DNA of 64,000 nucleotides from an uncultured bacterium (lineage in GTDB: Bacteria > Babelota > Babeliae > Babelales > Vermiphilaceae). Positions within the stretch are counted from its first letter, which is position 1; every line of letters begins with the position of its first letter. The notes beneath the pieces were generated by a model that worked only from the letters and a program-made list of their open reading frames with translations, was not told where the DNA came from and did no database searches. Shown here piece by piece: positions 9,081-20,900 of the stretch. The stretch is from NCBI GenBank assembly GCA_963707655.1, contig OY970172.1, forward strand, positions 672,001 through 736,000, given 5' to 3'. Both the position numbers and the translations under genes were made by a program.

Positions 9081-11267
9081 ATGGAACAACAGCTGCATGA
9101 GCTTACGGGCACCATTGACCGTTTGCTGTTTAATAGTGAGGAGAGCGGTTTTTCTGTATTTGTGTTGCAAGTCAATGAAGCCACACAGATAGTGGTTCGT
9201 GGTTCCATGGCACAAATTCATCCGGGTGAACAGGTTAGCGTGAGCGGTACTTGGGTAATGCATCCCAAATTCGGTAAGCAATTTGAAGCAAAAAGTTGCC
9301 GCATTGATGTGCCAACGAGCATTATTGGTCTTAAAAAATATTTAGGCTCCGGATTAATCAAAGGCATTGGCCCTGCATACGCTGACAAGCTGGTAAATGC
9401 GTTTGGCTCACAAGTGCTTGAAGTAATTGATAAAGAACCTGAACGATTGCGCCGCGTGAACGGCATTGGTGAAAAGCGTGCGCAGCAAATTATCACTTCC
9501 TGGCACGATCAAAAAGAAATTTCCGGCATCATGGTTTTCTTACAAGAAAAAGGTGTGTCGCCCGCCTATGCAATAAAAATTTATAAAAAATATGGGCAGC
9601 AATCAATTGCCGTAGTACAAGAAAATCCCTATCGCCTGGCAGAAGAGATTTGGGGAATAGGTTTTAAGGTTGCTGACCAGATCGCACAAAATGTTGGTAT
9701 TCCTCGCGACTCTTTAAAGAGAGTGAAGGCAGGAATTTTGTATCAAATATCACAAGAAGTGAGCTCAGGACATCTCTATGTTGATCTGCAACAACTGAAA
9801 GAAAAAACCGCCCTCTTGCTTGAATTAGCTGAGGATCAAGATTCAAAAATCAAACATGCACTGCATGATTTATATAATGAAACTAAAATTAAACTTGTTT
9901 CTCATGACGCGCGCCACTTTGTAACCTTGAGCAGCCATTATCACGCTGAAAAAGGCGTGGCCGAGCGTATTGCCATGCAACTGCAAAACAAAAGCACGCT
10001 CACGCTTGATATACAGGCGGTCTACAAAACATTACAAACCGTTGACCAAAGCAAACATGTGGCTCTTAATGATGATCAGATACATGGCATTATCACCTGC
10101 TTATCACATAAAATGAGCATTATCACCGGTGGCCCGGGAACCGGTAAAACAACATTGATCAAACAGCTGCTCGCTATTTTAGATGGTCATCAAATAAGTT
10201 ATCGTCTTGCTGCGCCAACTGGACGGGCCGCAAAGCGCATTACCGAAGGCACTGGTCGACACGCCGCAACAATTCATCGCCTTCTTGAATTTGATTTTAT
10301 TACGCGCGGCTTTATGCGCAATGAACAAAATGCGCTCAAGCTCGATTTTCTGATCATTGATGAAGCGTCTATGATTGATATTTTTTTAGCTCATTCTCTC
10401 CTCAAAGCGGTTCCCTTTCATGCACATGTTTTATTTATCGGTGACGTTGATCAGCTCCCTTCAGTGGGCGCCGGCAACTTTTTGAATGATTTGATTGCCA
10501 GCGGTAAAACAGCATGCGTTCGTTTAACAAAAATTTTCAGACAAGCGCAAGACAGCTTAATAATTATGAATGCTCACCGGGTGAACAGCGGTGAATTTCC
10601 CACAACAGCATCTCCCGATGCAAAAAAAGATTTTATTTATATTAAAGAAGATAATCCCGAGGCGGTTGCAACGCACATGCATGAATTATTTAAACGACGG
10701 CTGCCTATGATGGGTATACCAAGCGATCAGGCAACGGTTTTGGTTCCCATGAATCGTGGCATAGTTGGCACTCACTCATTGAATCATGTCTTGCAACAAC
10801 TGTTAAACCCTGCCAATACAGAAAAACAACTGGTGTACCACGGTACCACATTCAAAATAGGTGACCGTGTAATGCAGGTGAAAAACAACTATGACAAAAT
10901 AGTTTTTAATGGGGATTGCGGCGACATTGAAGATATTAATGTGCCTGAGCGGATTGTGCATGTACGCTATGCGGAGCGTGTTGTTGAGTATGATGCGGGA
11001 GATCTTGATGAACTTGTACTCGCCTACGCCCTTTCAATTCATAAAAGCCAGGGCTCAGAGTACCCGGCAGTGATTATTCCAATCTTTATGCAACACTTCA
11101 CTTTATTGCAACGTAATTTGTTGTATACGGCAATCACGCGGGCAAAAAAATTGTGCATTCTTATTGGTCAATCACGCGCTATTGCCATGGCAGTAAAAAA
11201 TAATAAAGGTCTTGTCCGCACCACTTTTTTAAAAGAATTTTTAACCACCGAACTAAAGTGCCGCTAA
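9081..11267 (+). CDS. recD2: ATP-dependent RecD-like DNA helicase (RecD2)
   Basis: N-terminal OB/HhH (HPKFGKQF, GIGP), GGPGTGKT, APTGRAAKR, DEASM, SIHKSQGSE, LLYTAITRAK. Confidence 0.95.
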   Translation: MEQQLHELTGTIDRLLFNSEESGFSVFVLQVNEATQIVVRGSMAQIHPGEQVSVSGTWVMHPKFGKQFEAKSCRIDVPTSIIGLKKYLGSGLIKGIGPAYADKLVNAFGSQVLEVIDKEPERLRRVNGIGEKRAQQIITSWHDQKEISGIMVFLQEKGVSPAYAIKIYKKYGQQSIAVVQENPYRLAEEIWGIGFKVADQIAQNVGIPRDSLKRVKAGILYQISQEVSSGHLYVDLQQLKEKTALLLELAEDQDSKIKHALHDLYNETKIKLVSHDARHFVTLSSHYHAEKGVAERIAMQLQNKSTLTLDIQAVYKTLQTVDQSKHVALNDDQIHGIITCLSHKMSIITGGPGTGKTTLIKQLLAILDGHQISYRLAAPTGRAAKRITEGTGRHAATIHRLLEFDFITRGFMRNEQNALKLDFLIIDEASMIDIFLAHSLLKAVPFHAHVLFIGDVDQLPSVGAGNFLNDLIASGKTACVRLTKIFRQAQDSLIIMNAHRVNSGEFPTTASPDAKKDFIYIKEDNPEAVATHMHELFKRRLPMMGIPSDQATVLVPMNRGIVGTHSLNHVLQQLLNPANTEKQLVYHGTTFKIGDRVMQVKNNYDKIVFNGDCGDIEDINVPERIVHVRYAERVVEYDAGDLDELVLAYALSIHKSQGSEYPAVIIPIFMQHFTLLQRNLLYTAITRAKKLCILIGQSRAIAMAVKNNKGLVRTTFLKEFLTTELKCR

Positions 11268-11929
11268 TGCTGTATTCAATTGTGTTACTTGTGTTGCTAC
11301 CGTTTTCTCTTTTTTCCTTTTCAATTATGCTCGAGCCGGCCGGTGACGCAAAAATTACCGGGCGCTGCATTGATGATTCTTTTGAGCGTGGCATCGCTTT
11401 GCAATATACGCAACAACTCAAACAACTGCTTGAAGAACGTATTCCAGGAGTACGTGTTGCTATTACCCGTCTGCCGGGAGAAACGATAACTGAATTTCAG
11501 AATGCCCATTTTGCCAATCGCATGGCAATTGATTTATACATAAGTATCAATTTCTTTAAAGAAAAAGAGGTAATTCCTCACCTATATATCTATAGTTATG
11601 CGCAACATGATGATGCTGATTTCCGCCAGATAGATCTTTGTTTTTATCGCTATGATCAGATTCATTTGTATCATGCGGCACAAACAAAAAAATGGTCAAA
11701 TCTGTTTTGCGATGCTTTAAATCAGGAACAGTACAAGAAAAAGTTACAATGCCCCCGCGTCTGCCGGCTTCCGTTTAAACCATTGCTTGGCATCAAAGCA
11801 AGCAGCATTGCCATTGAAATTGGCCTAAAAAATAAAGATGATTGGCCCCAATTCATTGACCCCTGCTTTTCCGGCATTGTGACCATTATAAGAGATTATG
11901 AAAAAGGCACTACCAATGATACGCAATAA
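11267..11929 (+). CDS. N-acetylmuramoyl-L-alanine amidase-like (Amidase_3 fold), catalytic His residues apparently missing
   Basis: IMLEPAG...FERGIAL...TR...AHFANR...DLYISI...IEIG layout; TAATG coupling with recD2. Confidence 0.65.
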   Translation: MLYSIVLLVLLPFSLFSFSIMLEPAGDAKITGRCIDDSFERGIALQYTQQLKQLLEERIPGVRVAITRLPGETITEFQNAHFANRMAIDLYISINFFKEKEVIPHLYIYSYAQHDDADFRQIDLCFYRYDQIHLYHAAQTKKWSNLFCDALNQEQYKKKLQCPRVCRLPFKPLLGIKASSIAIEIGLKNKDDWPQFIDPCFSGIVTIIRDYEKGTTNDTQ

Positions 11930-12461
11930 AAAACAGATAGTGGGTATTACGGTTGCTTTGATTGCCGGTTGCCTGGCGGCATTGTGTTACCGGGGGAACA
12001 TTATTTTTGTTTTTCCCTCAGCAAACACGCAGATGCCTGCAAACGCAATGCCTATAGCAAAAAAACAAGTTAAACTCTTTTTTTGGCGCGCCGATTCCTG
12101 GAAATATGAAAAGAGCGAACTCATGCTGGGCAGCGATGCGGCTGAAACTATTGCCGCGCTAGCCAATAAGTGGCTCACCCTGCTTGACGAAGAAGGGGTT
12201 ATGACAAAAAAAGTAATGGTGCCCGCCGTGTTGATGGCCGTATCGGGCAACCAGGCCTATATCTCTTTTGATCGTTACCCCTTTGATAAAGAGAGTGCCG
12301 CCTATGATAAATGGATGTGGCTGGAAGGGCTCCTTAAAACTCTGCGCGAAAACGGGGTGGCGGTACCCCGCATCTATTTTAAGGTACAGCACAAGCCGCT
12401 ACGCGACTATCACCTCGACTTTTCATCCCCGTGGCCGCTGAGCGGTTTTATGCACACATAA
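11916..12461 (+). CDS. Membrane-anchored GerMN-like protein
   Basis: N-terminal TM, KLFF, AYISF, GLLKTL motifs; follows amidase-like gene. Confidence 0.5.
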   Translation: MIRNKKQIVGITVALIAGCLAALCYRGNIIFVFPSANTQMPANAMPIAKKQVKLFFWRADSWKYEKSELMLGSDAAETIAALANKWLTLLDEEGVMTKKVMVPAVLMAVSGNQAYISFDRYPFDKESAAYDKWMWLEGLLKTLRENGVAVPRIYFKVQHKPLRDYHLDFSSPWPLSGFMHT

Positions 12462-12498
12462 ATAGGTGTGTGGCACGATCACCATGCAAACGATTCTA

Positions 12499-12856
12499 TT
12501 ATTCTGTGAGAGTCAAGCGGGGATTCATCATAATGATAAATCTCCCTGCTCCCGCCATAACGAACATATTTTCATCAATTTTTTCTCTTGATACAATCAT
12601 GCACCATTCATCACACTCAATGGTGCCGGTAAACTTAAATTCCTGGGGCACGCAGATAAACGCGCCGAGCTGCGAGCAAGCCAGAGCCTTTAAAAGAGGG
12701 GCAAGAAATGCTGATCCCCGGATAAATTATTGCGCCATCGTGAATAAATGCTTCATTCTTCTCAATGGTATGAATCTGATCGAGTGGACCCATAGAATAG
12801 ATATGCGTGGTCAATAAGGTACAGAGCAGCATAAAAAAATTAATTTTAGTATTCAT
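12499..12856 (-). pseudogene. Frameshifted small secreted hypothetical protein (or sequencing indel)
   Basis: MNTKINFF...GSGLLAARRVYLRA then TAA at 12635; removing one base of the G4 at 12645-12648 gives QEFKFTGTIECDEWCMIVSREK...LTE* ending at 12499. Confidence 0.55.
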
Positions 12857-12965
12857 AAAATAATATAACCCCTTCGAATCACTATTTTTGCTTGAGTGTA
12901 AAATATTCTGCCCATCGTAACAAAACATGCCAAAAAAGCCAGCAGCCCTTGATAACAAGGGGAAT

Positions 12966-12993
12966 TTGATGTTTTTACACAAAATGATATAAT
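12966..12993 (+). promoter_or_regulatory. Putative extended -10 promoter of uvrB
   Basis: TTGATG, 16-nt spacer ending TGA, TATAAT at 12988-12993, 6 nt before ATG. Confidence 0.55.
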
Positions 12994-12999
12994 TACAAT

Positions 13000-14979
13000 A
13001 TGAAAAAAATATTTAAATTGCACTCACCGTACAAACCCGCCGGCAGCCAGCCGGAAGCCATAGAAAAACTGACCAAAGGTCGGCCCGGACGCTCTACGCT
13101 TGTAGGGGTTACCGGATCAGGGAAAACCTTTACCCTGGCCAATATTATTGCCAATCAAAACAAGCCGGTCTTAATTCTTTCCCCTAACAAAACCTTGGCG
13201 GCACAGCTCTATGAGGAATTTAGCCAGTTTTTCCCTGAGAATAAGGTGGGTTATTTTGTCAGTTATTACGACTATTACCAACCCGAGTCATACTTGCCGG
13301 CGCAAGATATCTATATTCCCAAAGAAACCAAGATAAATAGTGAAATTGAGCGCCTTCGTGTTGAGGCAACCGCATCTTTGATCAACAGGCAAGATACCAT
13401 TATCATTACCTCAGTTTCTTGTATCTATTCGCTGGGTAACCCCACCGATTATAAAAATTTGTCTGTCCCCTTAACAGTGGGTCAGGAATTATCACGAAGC
13501 GAATTACTAAAAAAGCTCATTTTTATTCAATATGAACGTAATGATATTGATAAAAAATCGGGCACTTTCCAGGTTTTGGGTAATACGGTTGAAATTCAGG
13601 TTCCGTATCAGAAAGAAAAGCTACGGCTGGAACTTTTTGGCAATACCTTGGAATCGATGCAGTGGGTAACCAAGCACAACAACACCGTGGTGTCTGAGCT
13701 CAAAGATACCATTATCTTTCCGGCCAAACACTTTGTGACCACTGAAGGGCGACAAAAAATAGCTCTTAAAAGCATTAAACAAGAGTTAGAAGAATGGGCA
13801 CCCCAGGTTGCCAACCCAATCTACCGGGAACGTATAGAAAAACGGGTGGCTCATGATCTTGAAATGTTACAAGAAGTTGGCCATTGCTCCGGTATAGAAA
13901 ATTATTCATCTCACTTTGACGGCCGCGGACAGGGCGAAAAGCCATTTTGTTTATTCGACTTCTTTCCCAAAGATTTCTTACTTATTATTGATGAATCTCA
14001 TATTGCCATTCCGCAATTGCGGGGTATGTATGCGGGAGACAAAGCGCGTAAAAAATCATTAGTTGAGTTTGGCTTCAGATTGCCTTCTGCTGCGGATAAT
14101 AGGCCTTTAAAATTTGAAGAAATAGAAGGCTATTTTAATGATGTCATCTTTGTTTCGGCAACACCGAGCGATTATGAATTGAGCAATTCTGCGCACGCCG
14201 TTGAGCAGATTATTCGCCCAACAGGGCTTTTGGACCCGGTCATTCAGATACATCCACGCGCAGGTCAGCTTGATCATTTGATTGAGCAGATAAAAAATAC
14301 GAATCAAAAAGGATTCCGAACCCTGGTTACCGTACTTACCAAGAAATTGGCCGAAGAATTGGCCCATTATCTTGAAGAACGGGGCATCAAGGTGTGCTAC
14401 TTGCACAGCGAATTAAAAACACCCCAGCGTACTGAATTAATTCAAAAATTGCGTCTTGGCACTTTTGATTGCCTGGTCGGTGTGAATCTACTCCGTGAAG
14501 GGCTCGATTTACCCGAAGTTGCGTTGGTGGCAATTATGGATGCTGATATTGAAAGCTACTTGCGCGACAAGCGCTCATTGATTCAGATCATTGGTCGCGC
14601 TGCACGTAATACCGAATCGGTTGTGATATTATATGCTGACACGGTAAGCAAATCTATGCGTGGTGCCATTGACGAAACGCAGCGTCGCCGTGTGAAGCAA
14701 GAAGCACACAATGCAGAGCATGGGATTGTACCGGTTACGGTAAAGCGTGAGGTGAGCAAAACAATCACCAATATTCAGTTGGCTATTGCACAGGCATCTG
14801 AACGCAAACGCGGCAAGAAAAAAGCTGCGCAGCTAAACACCGAGCAAGCACACGTACGCATGGTTGAGCTTGAATCATTAATGCAGCAGGCTGCTCAAGA
14901 CCTTGAATTTGAAAAAGCAATCGCCTTGCGTGAAGAATGGGTTCAGCTCAAAAAGCAGACTGAAAATTCTACGCAGTAA
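13000..14979 (+). CDS. uvrB: Excinuclease ABC subunit B
   Basis: GVTGSGKT, FVSYYDYYQPE, DESH, GFRLPSA.DNRPL, NLLREGLDLPEV, C-terminal UVR domain. Confidence 0.97.
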   Translation: MKKIFKLHSPYKPAGSQPEAIEKLTKGRPGRSTLVGVTGSGKTFTLANIIANQNKPVLILSPNKTLAAQLYEEFSQFFPENKVGYFVSYYDYYQPESYLPAQDIYIPKETKINSEIERLRVEATASLINRQDTIIITSVSCIYSLGNPTDYKNLSVPLTVGQELSRSELLKKLIFIQYERNDIDKKSGTFQVLGNTVEIQVPYQKEKLRLELFGNTLESMQWVTKHNNTVVSELKDTIIFPAKHFVTTEGRQKIALKSIKQELEEWAPQVANPIYRERIEKRVAHDLEMLQEVGHCSGIENYSSHFDGRGQGEKPFCLFDFFPKDFLLIIDESHIAIPQLRGMYAGDKARKKSLVEFGFRLPSAADNRPLKFEEIEGYFNDVIFVSATPSDYELSNSAHAVEQIIRPTGLLDPVIQIHPRAGQLDHLIEQIKNTNQKGFRTLVTVLTKKLAEELAHYLEERGIKVCYLHSELKTPQRTELIQKLRLGTFDCLVGVNLLREGLDLPEVALVAIMDADIESYLRDKRSLIQIIGRAARNTESVVILYADTVSKSMRGAIDETQRRRVKQEAHNAEHGIVPVTVKREVSKTITNIQLAIAQASERKRGKKKAAQLNTEQAHVRMVELESLMQQAAQDLEFEKAIALREEWVQLKKQTENSTQ

Positions 14980-15071
14980 AACATTCTCTAATTATTATCA
15001 TTTCATTTTTCCCTTTATTTTTTTATACTCATCATCATGTTTTCTCTTTTAAAAAAAGCAAGGATGAAATA

Positions 15072-17162
15072 ATGAAACACAAACTATTATTAATGTTATT
15101 AATTGTTGGTTTTGGCACTTTTTACTACATCTATACCAAGCAAGGGTCCCCCAAAATGTACGCCGATATAAAAAACATTGCCGATATTATCCGCATTTTT
15201 CCTCAAAGCGCTCACGATATCAATAATGAGGTAGACAAAGTTATAGCTCAATCACGCGCAGAAATTGCAGCATTTCTTGCTATTAAAAATGAAGAACGCA
15301 CTTTTGCCAATACGGCACAAAAACTTGATGAAATTTATGGCCTTTCAAATCAGGCTATTGTAGGTAGCTCTATTTCTATTCTTGAAATGGTGAGCCCTGA
15401 TGAAAAAATTCGTACCGCTGCCCACGAAGCAATTATAAAGATGCAAGACTTTTTAGTTGATGAACTTGCCAACAATGTTGATATCTTCAAAGCATTTAAA
15501 GCATATGTTGAACAAAAATCAGGATCGGAGGAACTTACCGAAAAGCAAAGATACTTTCTGACCGAAACGCTTGATGGGTTTAAGCGCGCAGGGCTCGACT
15601 TGCCGCAAGATCAACTTGATGAACTGAAAAAAATTAAAAAAGATATTGCTGCACTGATTCTTGATTTTGATACCAATATTGCTGCCGACCAAACAAAAGT
15701 TATTGTATCTCCTGCAGAACTGGCCGGATTGCCCGAAGACTTTATTGCCTCATTGGAAAAAGATGAGCAGGGAAATTGCAAAGTTGGGGTTGATGCACCA
15801 ACTTTTTATAAAATTGCACAAAATTGTTCCGTTGGCGATACCCGTAAAAAAATGTCTCGCGCGTATGGCGATCGCGCGTATCCAAAGAATGATGCATTGC
15901 TCAAAGAAATTATCGCAAAAAGAGACTTGCTAGCACAAAAAGTTGGCAAAGCAAGTTATGCAGCCTTGGATCTTGACGATCAAATGGTAAAAACTCCTGA
16001 AAAAGCCTACAGTTTTTTGAATGATTTATTGGCAACAGTAAAAACAAAAGTTGAGAAAGAATTTGCTCTATTAACAAGCGACCTTCCCGCATCAGTTACA
16101 CTTCAAGACGGTAAAATGTTTACCTGGGATGCCGCTTACGTAGCCAATGAGTACAAAAAGAAGCATTTGCAAATTGATGAGCTTAAGATCGCCGAATATT
16201 TCCCGCTCGATACAACAGTAAAAGGGTTGCTTGATATTTATCAAAAGTTCTTTTCATTGCGCTTTGAGCAAAAACCAATCAAACATCTGTGGCACGATGA
16301 AGTGACCATGATGGAAGTCTATTCAACACTCGATAATAGCTTGTTGGGGTACTTCTTGCTTGATCTTTTCCCGCGCCCTTTCAAATACAGTCATGCCTGT
16401 CATGCTACCATTGTTCCGGCAGTCTACGGTGCTGACGGACAAATAAAACCGGCTCTTTCTATTGTTATTGCAAACTTCCCTCGCGCCATCGGTGACAAAC
16501 CGGCATTGCTCGAACGCAATCACGTCTCCACTTTCTTCCATGAATTTGGTCACGCACTGCATGCATTATTGGGAAGAACCATGCTCAGTACTCAGGCAGG
16601 AACCGCCGTTAAATGTGATTTCGTAGAGATGCCATCACAAATGCTTGAAGAATGGCTCGATGAAAAAGAGATTCTTGCCATGATCAGCTCTCATTATCAA
16701 ACGGGAGAGCCATTACCTGATGAATTAATCAATAAGATTGTTGCATTAAAGCAATTTGATGCCGGCTCTTTTGTGCAAACACAAGCCTATTATTCCCTTA
16801 TTTCATTAGATATTTATGCACCGGGGGCAACTAAAGACCCTTATGCGATTATGAAACAGCTCTATACCACTATTAAACCGCATATGATTTTTGATCCGGA
16901 AAATCACATGTATGCATCATTTGGCCATTTAACCGGCTATGGGGCAAAATACTACAGCTATATGTGGTCCAAAGTATTTGCGCTTGATCTTTTTGCACAA
17001 ATCAAAAAAATGGGACTATTGAATCCTGCCGTGGGTGAAAAATATGTGGCCGAGGTTATTGGCCAAGGGGGCAGCGTCGATCCCAATGATCTGCTTGAAA
17101 ACTTCCTGGGTAGAAAACCAAATCAAAAAGCATTTTTGGCCGACTTGGGACTAGGTCAATAA
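15072..17162 (+). CDS. M3 family metallopeptidase (thimet oligopeptidase-like)
   Basis: FFHEFGHALH, DFVEMPSQMLEEW, FGHL.GY.A.YYSYMWS, FLGRKPN. Confidence 0.93.
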   Translation: MKHKLLLMLLIVGFGTFYYIYTKQGSPKMYADIKNIADIIRIFPQSAHDINNEVDKVIAQSRAEIAAFLAIKNEERTFANTAQKLDEIYGLSNQAIVGSSISILEMVSPDEKIRTAAHEAIIKMQDFLVDELANNVDIFKAFKAYVEQKSGSEELTEKQRYFLTETLDGFKRAGLDLPQDQLDELKKIKKDIAALILDFDTNIAADQTKVIVSPAELAGLPEDFIASLEKDEQGNCKVGVDAPTFYKIAQNCSVGDTRKKMSRAYGDRAYPKNDALLKEIIAKRDLLAQKVGKASYAALDLDDQMVKTPEKAYSFLNDLLATVKTKVEKEFALLTSDLPASVTLQDGKMFTWDAAYVANEYKKKHLQIDELKIAEYFPLDTTVKGLLDIYQKFFSLRFEQKPIKHLWHDEVTMMEVYSTLDNSLLGYFLLDLFPRPFKYSHACHATIVPAVYGADGQIKPALSIVIANFPRAIGDKPALLERNHVSTFFHEFGHALHALLGRTMLSTQAGTAVKCDFVEMPSQMLEEWLDEKEILAMISSHYQTGEPLPDELINKIVALKQFDAGSFVQTQAYYSLISLDIYAPGATKDPYAIMKQLYTTIKPHMIFDPENHMYASFGHLTGYGAKYYSYMWSKVFALDLFAQIKKMGLLNPAVGEKYVAEVIGQGGSVDPNDLLENFLGRKPNQKAFLADLGLGQ

Positions 17163-17197
17163 CGGCGATCTTTTCATATTAAAAGAGTGAAGTACGC

Positions 17198-17232
17198 AAA
17201 CGCGCAATAGAAGTAAAATTCATTGCGCGTTT
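17198..17232 (+). terminator. Stem-loop, probable terminator
   Basis: AAACGCGCAAT...ATTGCGCGTTT followed by CATTTT. Confidence 0.55.
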
Positions 17233-17342
17233 CATTTTAAAACTCTTTTCTTGCTCTATCATTTTTTACTAGCATCATCAGAGAAGAGCGGTTAAGCTAT
17301 AAAGCAAATAAAAATATATTGATGCATAGTGAGAAATGAGTC

Positions 17343-17936
17343 GTGCAAGAGAAGCATATTGGTATAGTTCTGAAAAATTATTTTCCCAAGAAATGCAAGC
17401 TATCGTTACTCGATAACAAAATGGGTAAAATAAGCGGCGTTCCAACAGCAGGAACTCATGTTGCTGCCGGTTCATTAATCGAATATTCTTTGGTTGAACA
17501 GCCGGCATGTTCTTTTCTTTATAGTATTAATGTGCACGACGTGCCTTTTGCGCTCGCGCAAGAGGATATTCTTTTTTTGCATCACGTACTGGAAATTTGT
17601 TATTATTTTATGCCAATAAAAAGCTATAATCCTACGATTTTCTCATTGTTACATGTATTGTATATGAGTGATGGCTGGTTACACACTATGGCCGTTAAAA
17701 AATTTTTTTTACTTAAATTATTTGTACTGCTGGGATTGTACCCCGAGGACAAAAAATTTAGAACTCCGTCATTTCATCGATTGGTCACTGCGCCATTTGC
17801 GCAGATGCTGAGCGGAGATATAGATTCTTATGATGAAGAGACTGTTAACGAATGGTTGCGTTTGTGTGTCGCATCTCATCCAATAGCAGATAAATTTAAA
17901 ACAACGTATTTTTTAGATAGTTGCAGGGAAATATGA
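17343..17936 (+). CDS. Divergent RecO-like protein
   Basis: GIVLK...LSLLD..MGKI OB-fold-like start followed by helical region; weak. Confidence 0.4.
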   Translation: MQEKHIGIVLKNYFPKKCKLSLLDNKMGKISGVPTAGTHVAAGSLIEYSLVEQPACSFLYSINVHDVPFALAQEDILFLHHVLEICYYFMPIKSYNPTIFSLLHVLYMSDGWLHTMAVKKFFLLKLFVLLGLYPEDKKFRTPSFHRLVTAPFAQMLSGDIDSYDEETVNEWLRLCVASHPIADKFKTTYFLDSCREI

Positions 17937-20900
17937 AAAAATTGTTGCACGGTATAATATGCCTGTTAGCTGCCTTTGGTCACCGCATGCACGCAGATCC
18001 TATCGCTGAACTTGAAAAATTAGGAAAACATTTATTGCCCGCCAGCGCAAGCGTTTCTACGCAGGATCAAAAAAAGATCTTTACGAGTAATGTTGAAAGT
18101 AAACAGGCAATGCTGGCCAACTATCAAGCAGAAAAAAAACGTTTGGAAGAAGAAAATAGAACGAATGCTCCCGCTATTACCACTGAATTGGAAGAGACCC
18201 TGAGTAAAATCAGGGTGACTGAGGAAGTGCTGAGAAAAGACCCTGACAATGAATTTTTAAAAAGAAAAAAAACATTGCTGAGCGAAAAATATTATGTTTT
18301 GAAAGAATACCAGCAGGCATTTGAGCAACAGCGCCATTTGATTGATCAGATTATTAAAAATCTTACGAATTATTTGGCCGACCCTGAAAATAAAAAATTC
18401 ATTGAACAGTTTCATGAAAAAAAGAAAACTTTTGAAGAGCTACAGGTTATATACCAAAAAGCTATCGAAGAAGAAAAATCTCTTGAAAGCCTGAATGATC
18501 AGGAAAAGAATGCGATTTCTGAACTAGACAATCGCAAACGAGCTGCAAATGCAGATAATGCTTTGTACCAACAGCACAAAGAGCTGCTTGAGAGTGAGCG
18601 TCCCGTACCTGAAGGCATGACACGCGCTGAAGGGGGCGAGCTATGGCAGCTGCAAGAGCATTTATTTACCGATAAAAAACGCGTTGACGAGCTTAAATTT
18701 GAAGAAATTAAACTTAAGCTTGAGTTGATTAGACTGAAAATGTTCATTGCACGTGTACAGCGGGATACCTTGCGGGATACATTCCGCGACATGACATCCG
18801 AGGTCCAGGTGAGCGAGGCCGATGTCACCAATGTGAAAGAAGATTTAGAAAAGAAAAGGCAACAATTTTACACTAATGTACGATCTGTTGATTATGCCAT
18901 TGAACAGAGCAGTAATGACCTTAAGATGCATAAACAAGAGTTGGAAATTCTCGCCAAGCGCTATAACATAATTCTTGATGCTGATTTGGATAAATGGAGT
19001 AAAGAGCCAAAGCAATTGGTAAGCTCTTATGTAGGCATTTGTGAAGTCGGACTCGAAAACGACATTGTGCTTGCACTGTATCGCAAAAAAGATTACCTCA
19101 AAAGCTTGATACATAAAGAAAATGAAAAAATTAAACAGGAAGAGACACTTCTCAAAATCAAAGAAACATTTCACAAAATCCGTTTTGCAAAATTTAGCGC
19201 CAAAGAGCTCGATCAGGAGCTTAAAAACTATGATTTGATTAAGGCCGGCATCAGAGCTCATATCTCTTTGTACAATGAGCGCAAAAATATGGCGACAGAA
19301 CTTTTAGAAGTCCAAAAACGAGCCTTGGAAAATATAGACCAGCTCAGAAATGATATCAAAAACACTCTTAAAGATACGTTATTTAAGGACTATAGTCGCG
19401 ATTACACCCATTGCCTTGAGCTTATCACCAATGCAATAGAGCGCATTAGAGCACAGATAGATCTCATCAATAAAACGATGGCAACCTATACCGACATTAT
19501 TTTCTTGTTGAGCTCAACCAGCAAACAGATAGATTTTATTGTTTTAGAACTGAATTCAACGACCATCTGGTACCGTCCGCAATATGCGATTTCCTGGGAA
19601 GGATTGATGCGCATTATACCCGATGTTGAGCGGTTTGCTTCCGATTTGACCAGCTATTTCAGTCAAGTAAAACCGGTTGTTTTGCTTAATGCCTTCAAAA
19701 ACAGTATTAAAAATCCGCTTTCTCTCTTTATCTCATTTTTATTATTACTCGTCATGATCCTGCTTTTGCTGCTCGCAAAAATCATGTTACCATCTGCACT
19801 ACATCGCATTCAGGTAGCTGCCCAAACTAGAGCATATGTTTATACGCTGTACATGTTTTTAGTCGCTCTTGGCCGTTTTTTACTCATCCATTTTAATGGC
19901 ATAGCCGTATGGTTGGTGATGTATGGATCATTCAAATTACAGATTATTGATAATCCCTATCTGTACAGCCTCTTTTACTTAATTTCAATACCGTATCTCC
20001 TGTATTTGGCACATCAATTTATTTCTTACTTTGCCTCATTTAATCAAGAACATGGCTATCTGTTTTTAAGCAAAGATTTTGAATTTCGTTTTACGCTCAT
20101 GTTTTCAGCTCTTTTGTATGTGACCATTATCTTATATTTCTTCAAAGAAGCCTTTATGTTGGGCAATTACCGCCGCTCCGAATTGCCGAGCGTGCTTGTT
20201 GCTTTAAACTTTATTTTTATCCAGGTTGTTCTTATTGCCCTTATACCAAAGAATCAGATTGTTAATTTGATTCCGACGCATGACATATGGGGATGGATAC
20301 ATGAACAAATCAATCGCTATTATTATTTGGTTATTTTGTGCATAGTCACCATTATCGTCATGAGCAATCCATATGTAGGTTTTGGCCGCCTGGTTGCCTA
20401 TGTTATCTGGCGCATTCTTTATACCATCATCGTAGTAATAATTCTTCTATGGCTACATCGTCTAATCAAACGTTTTTGTGCCTATTTCTTCTTTGTAGAA
20501 GAAGACGATGTTCAGCGAGAGCGTTTCGCCCATGCGAAAAGTTGGTATGGTTTTGCGGTAATTTTACTCTTTTTATTCTTTATTTTCCTGGGACTCATTA
20601 TATTGGCAAAAGTATGGGGATGGCCGGAGCAGCTGGCAAAAATATCTCACATTCGCGACATTGTTCACGGATTGCAACACCCTTTCACCAATGTCGATCA
20701 AAAACCTGTCTCTGTCTGGACCATTTTGCGCCTTATTTTCTTTATTTTAGGCGGCCTGGGCGTTTCATTTGCCTTTAACCGTTTTGTGATGGGCAAAATC
20801 TTTGATATTTTACTCATTGAACCGGGTATTCAAAATACGATTTCAAGCATTACCTATTATCTCTGCTTTGTTTTATCGGTGATTATCGGATTCAATGTCG

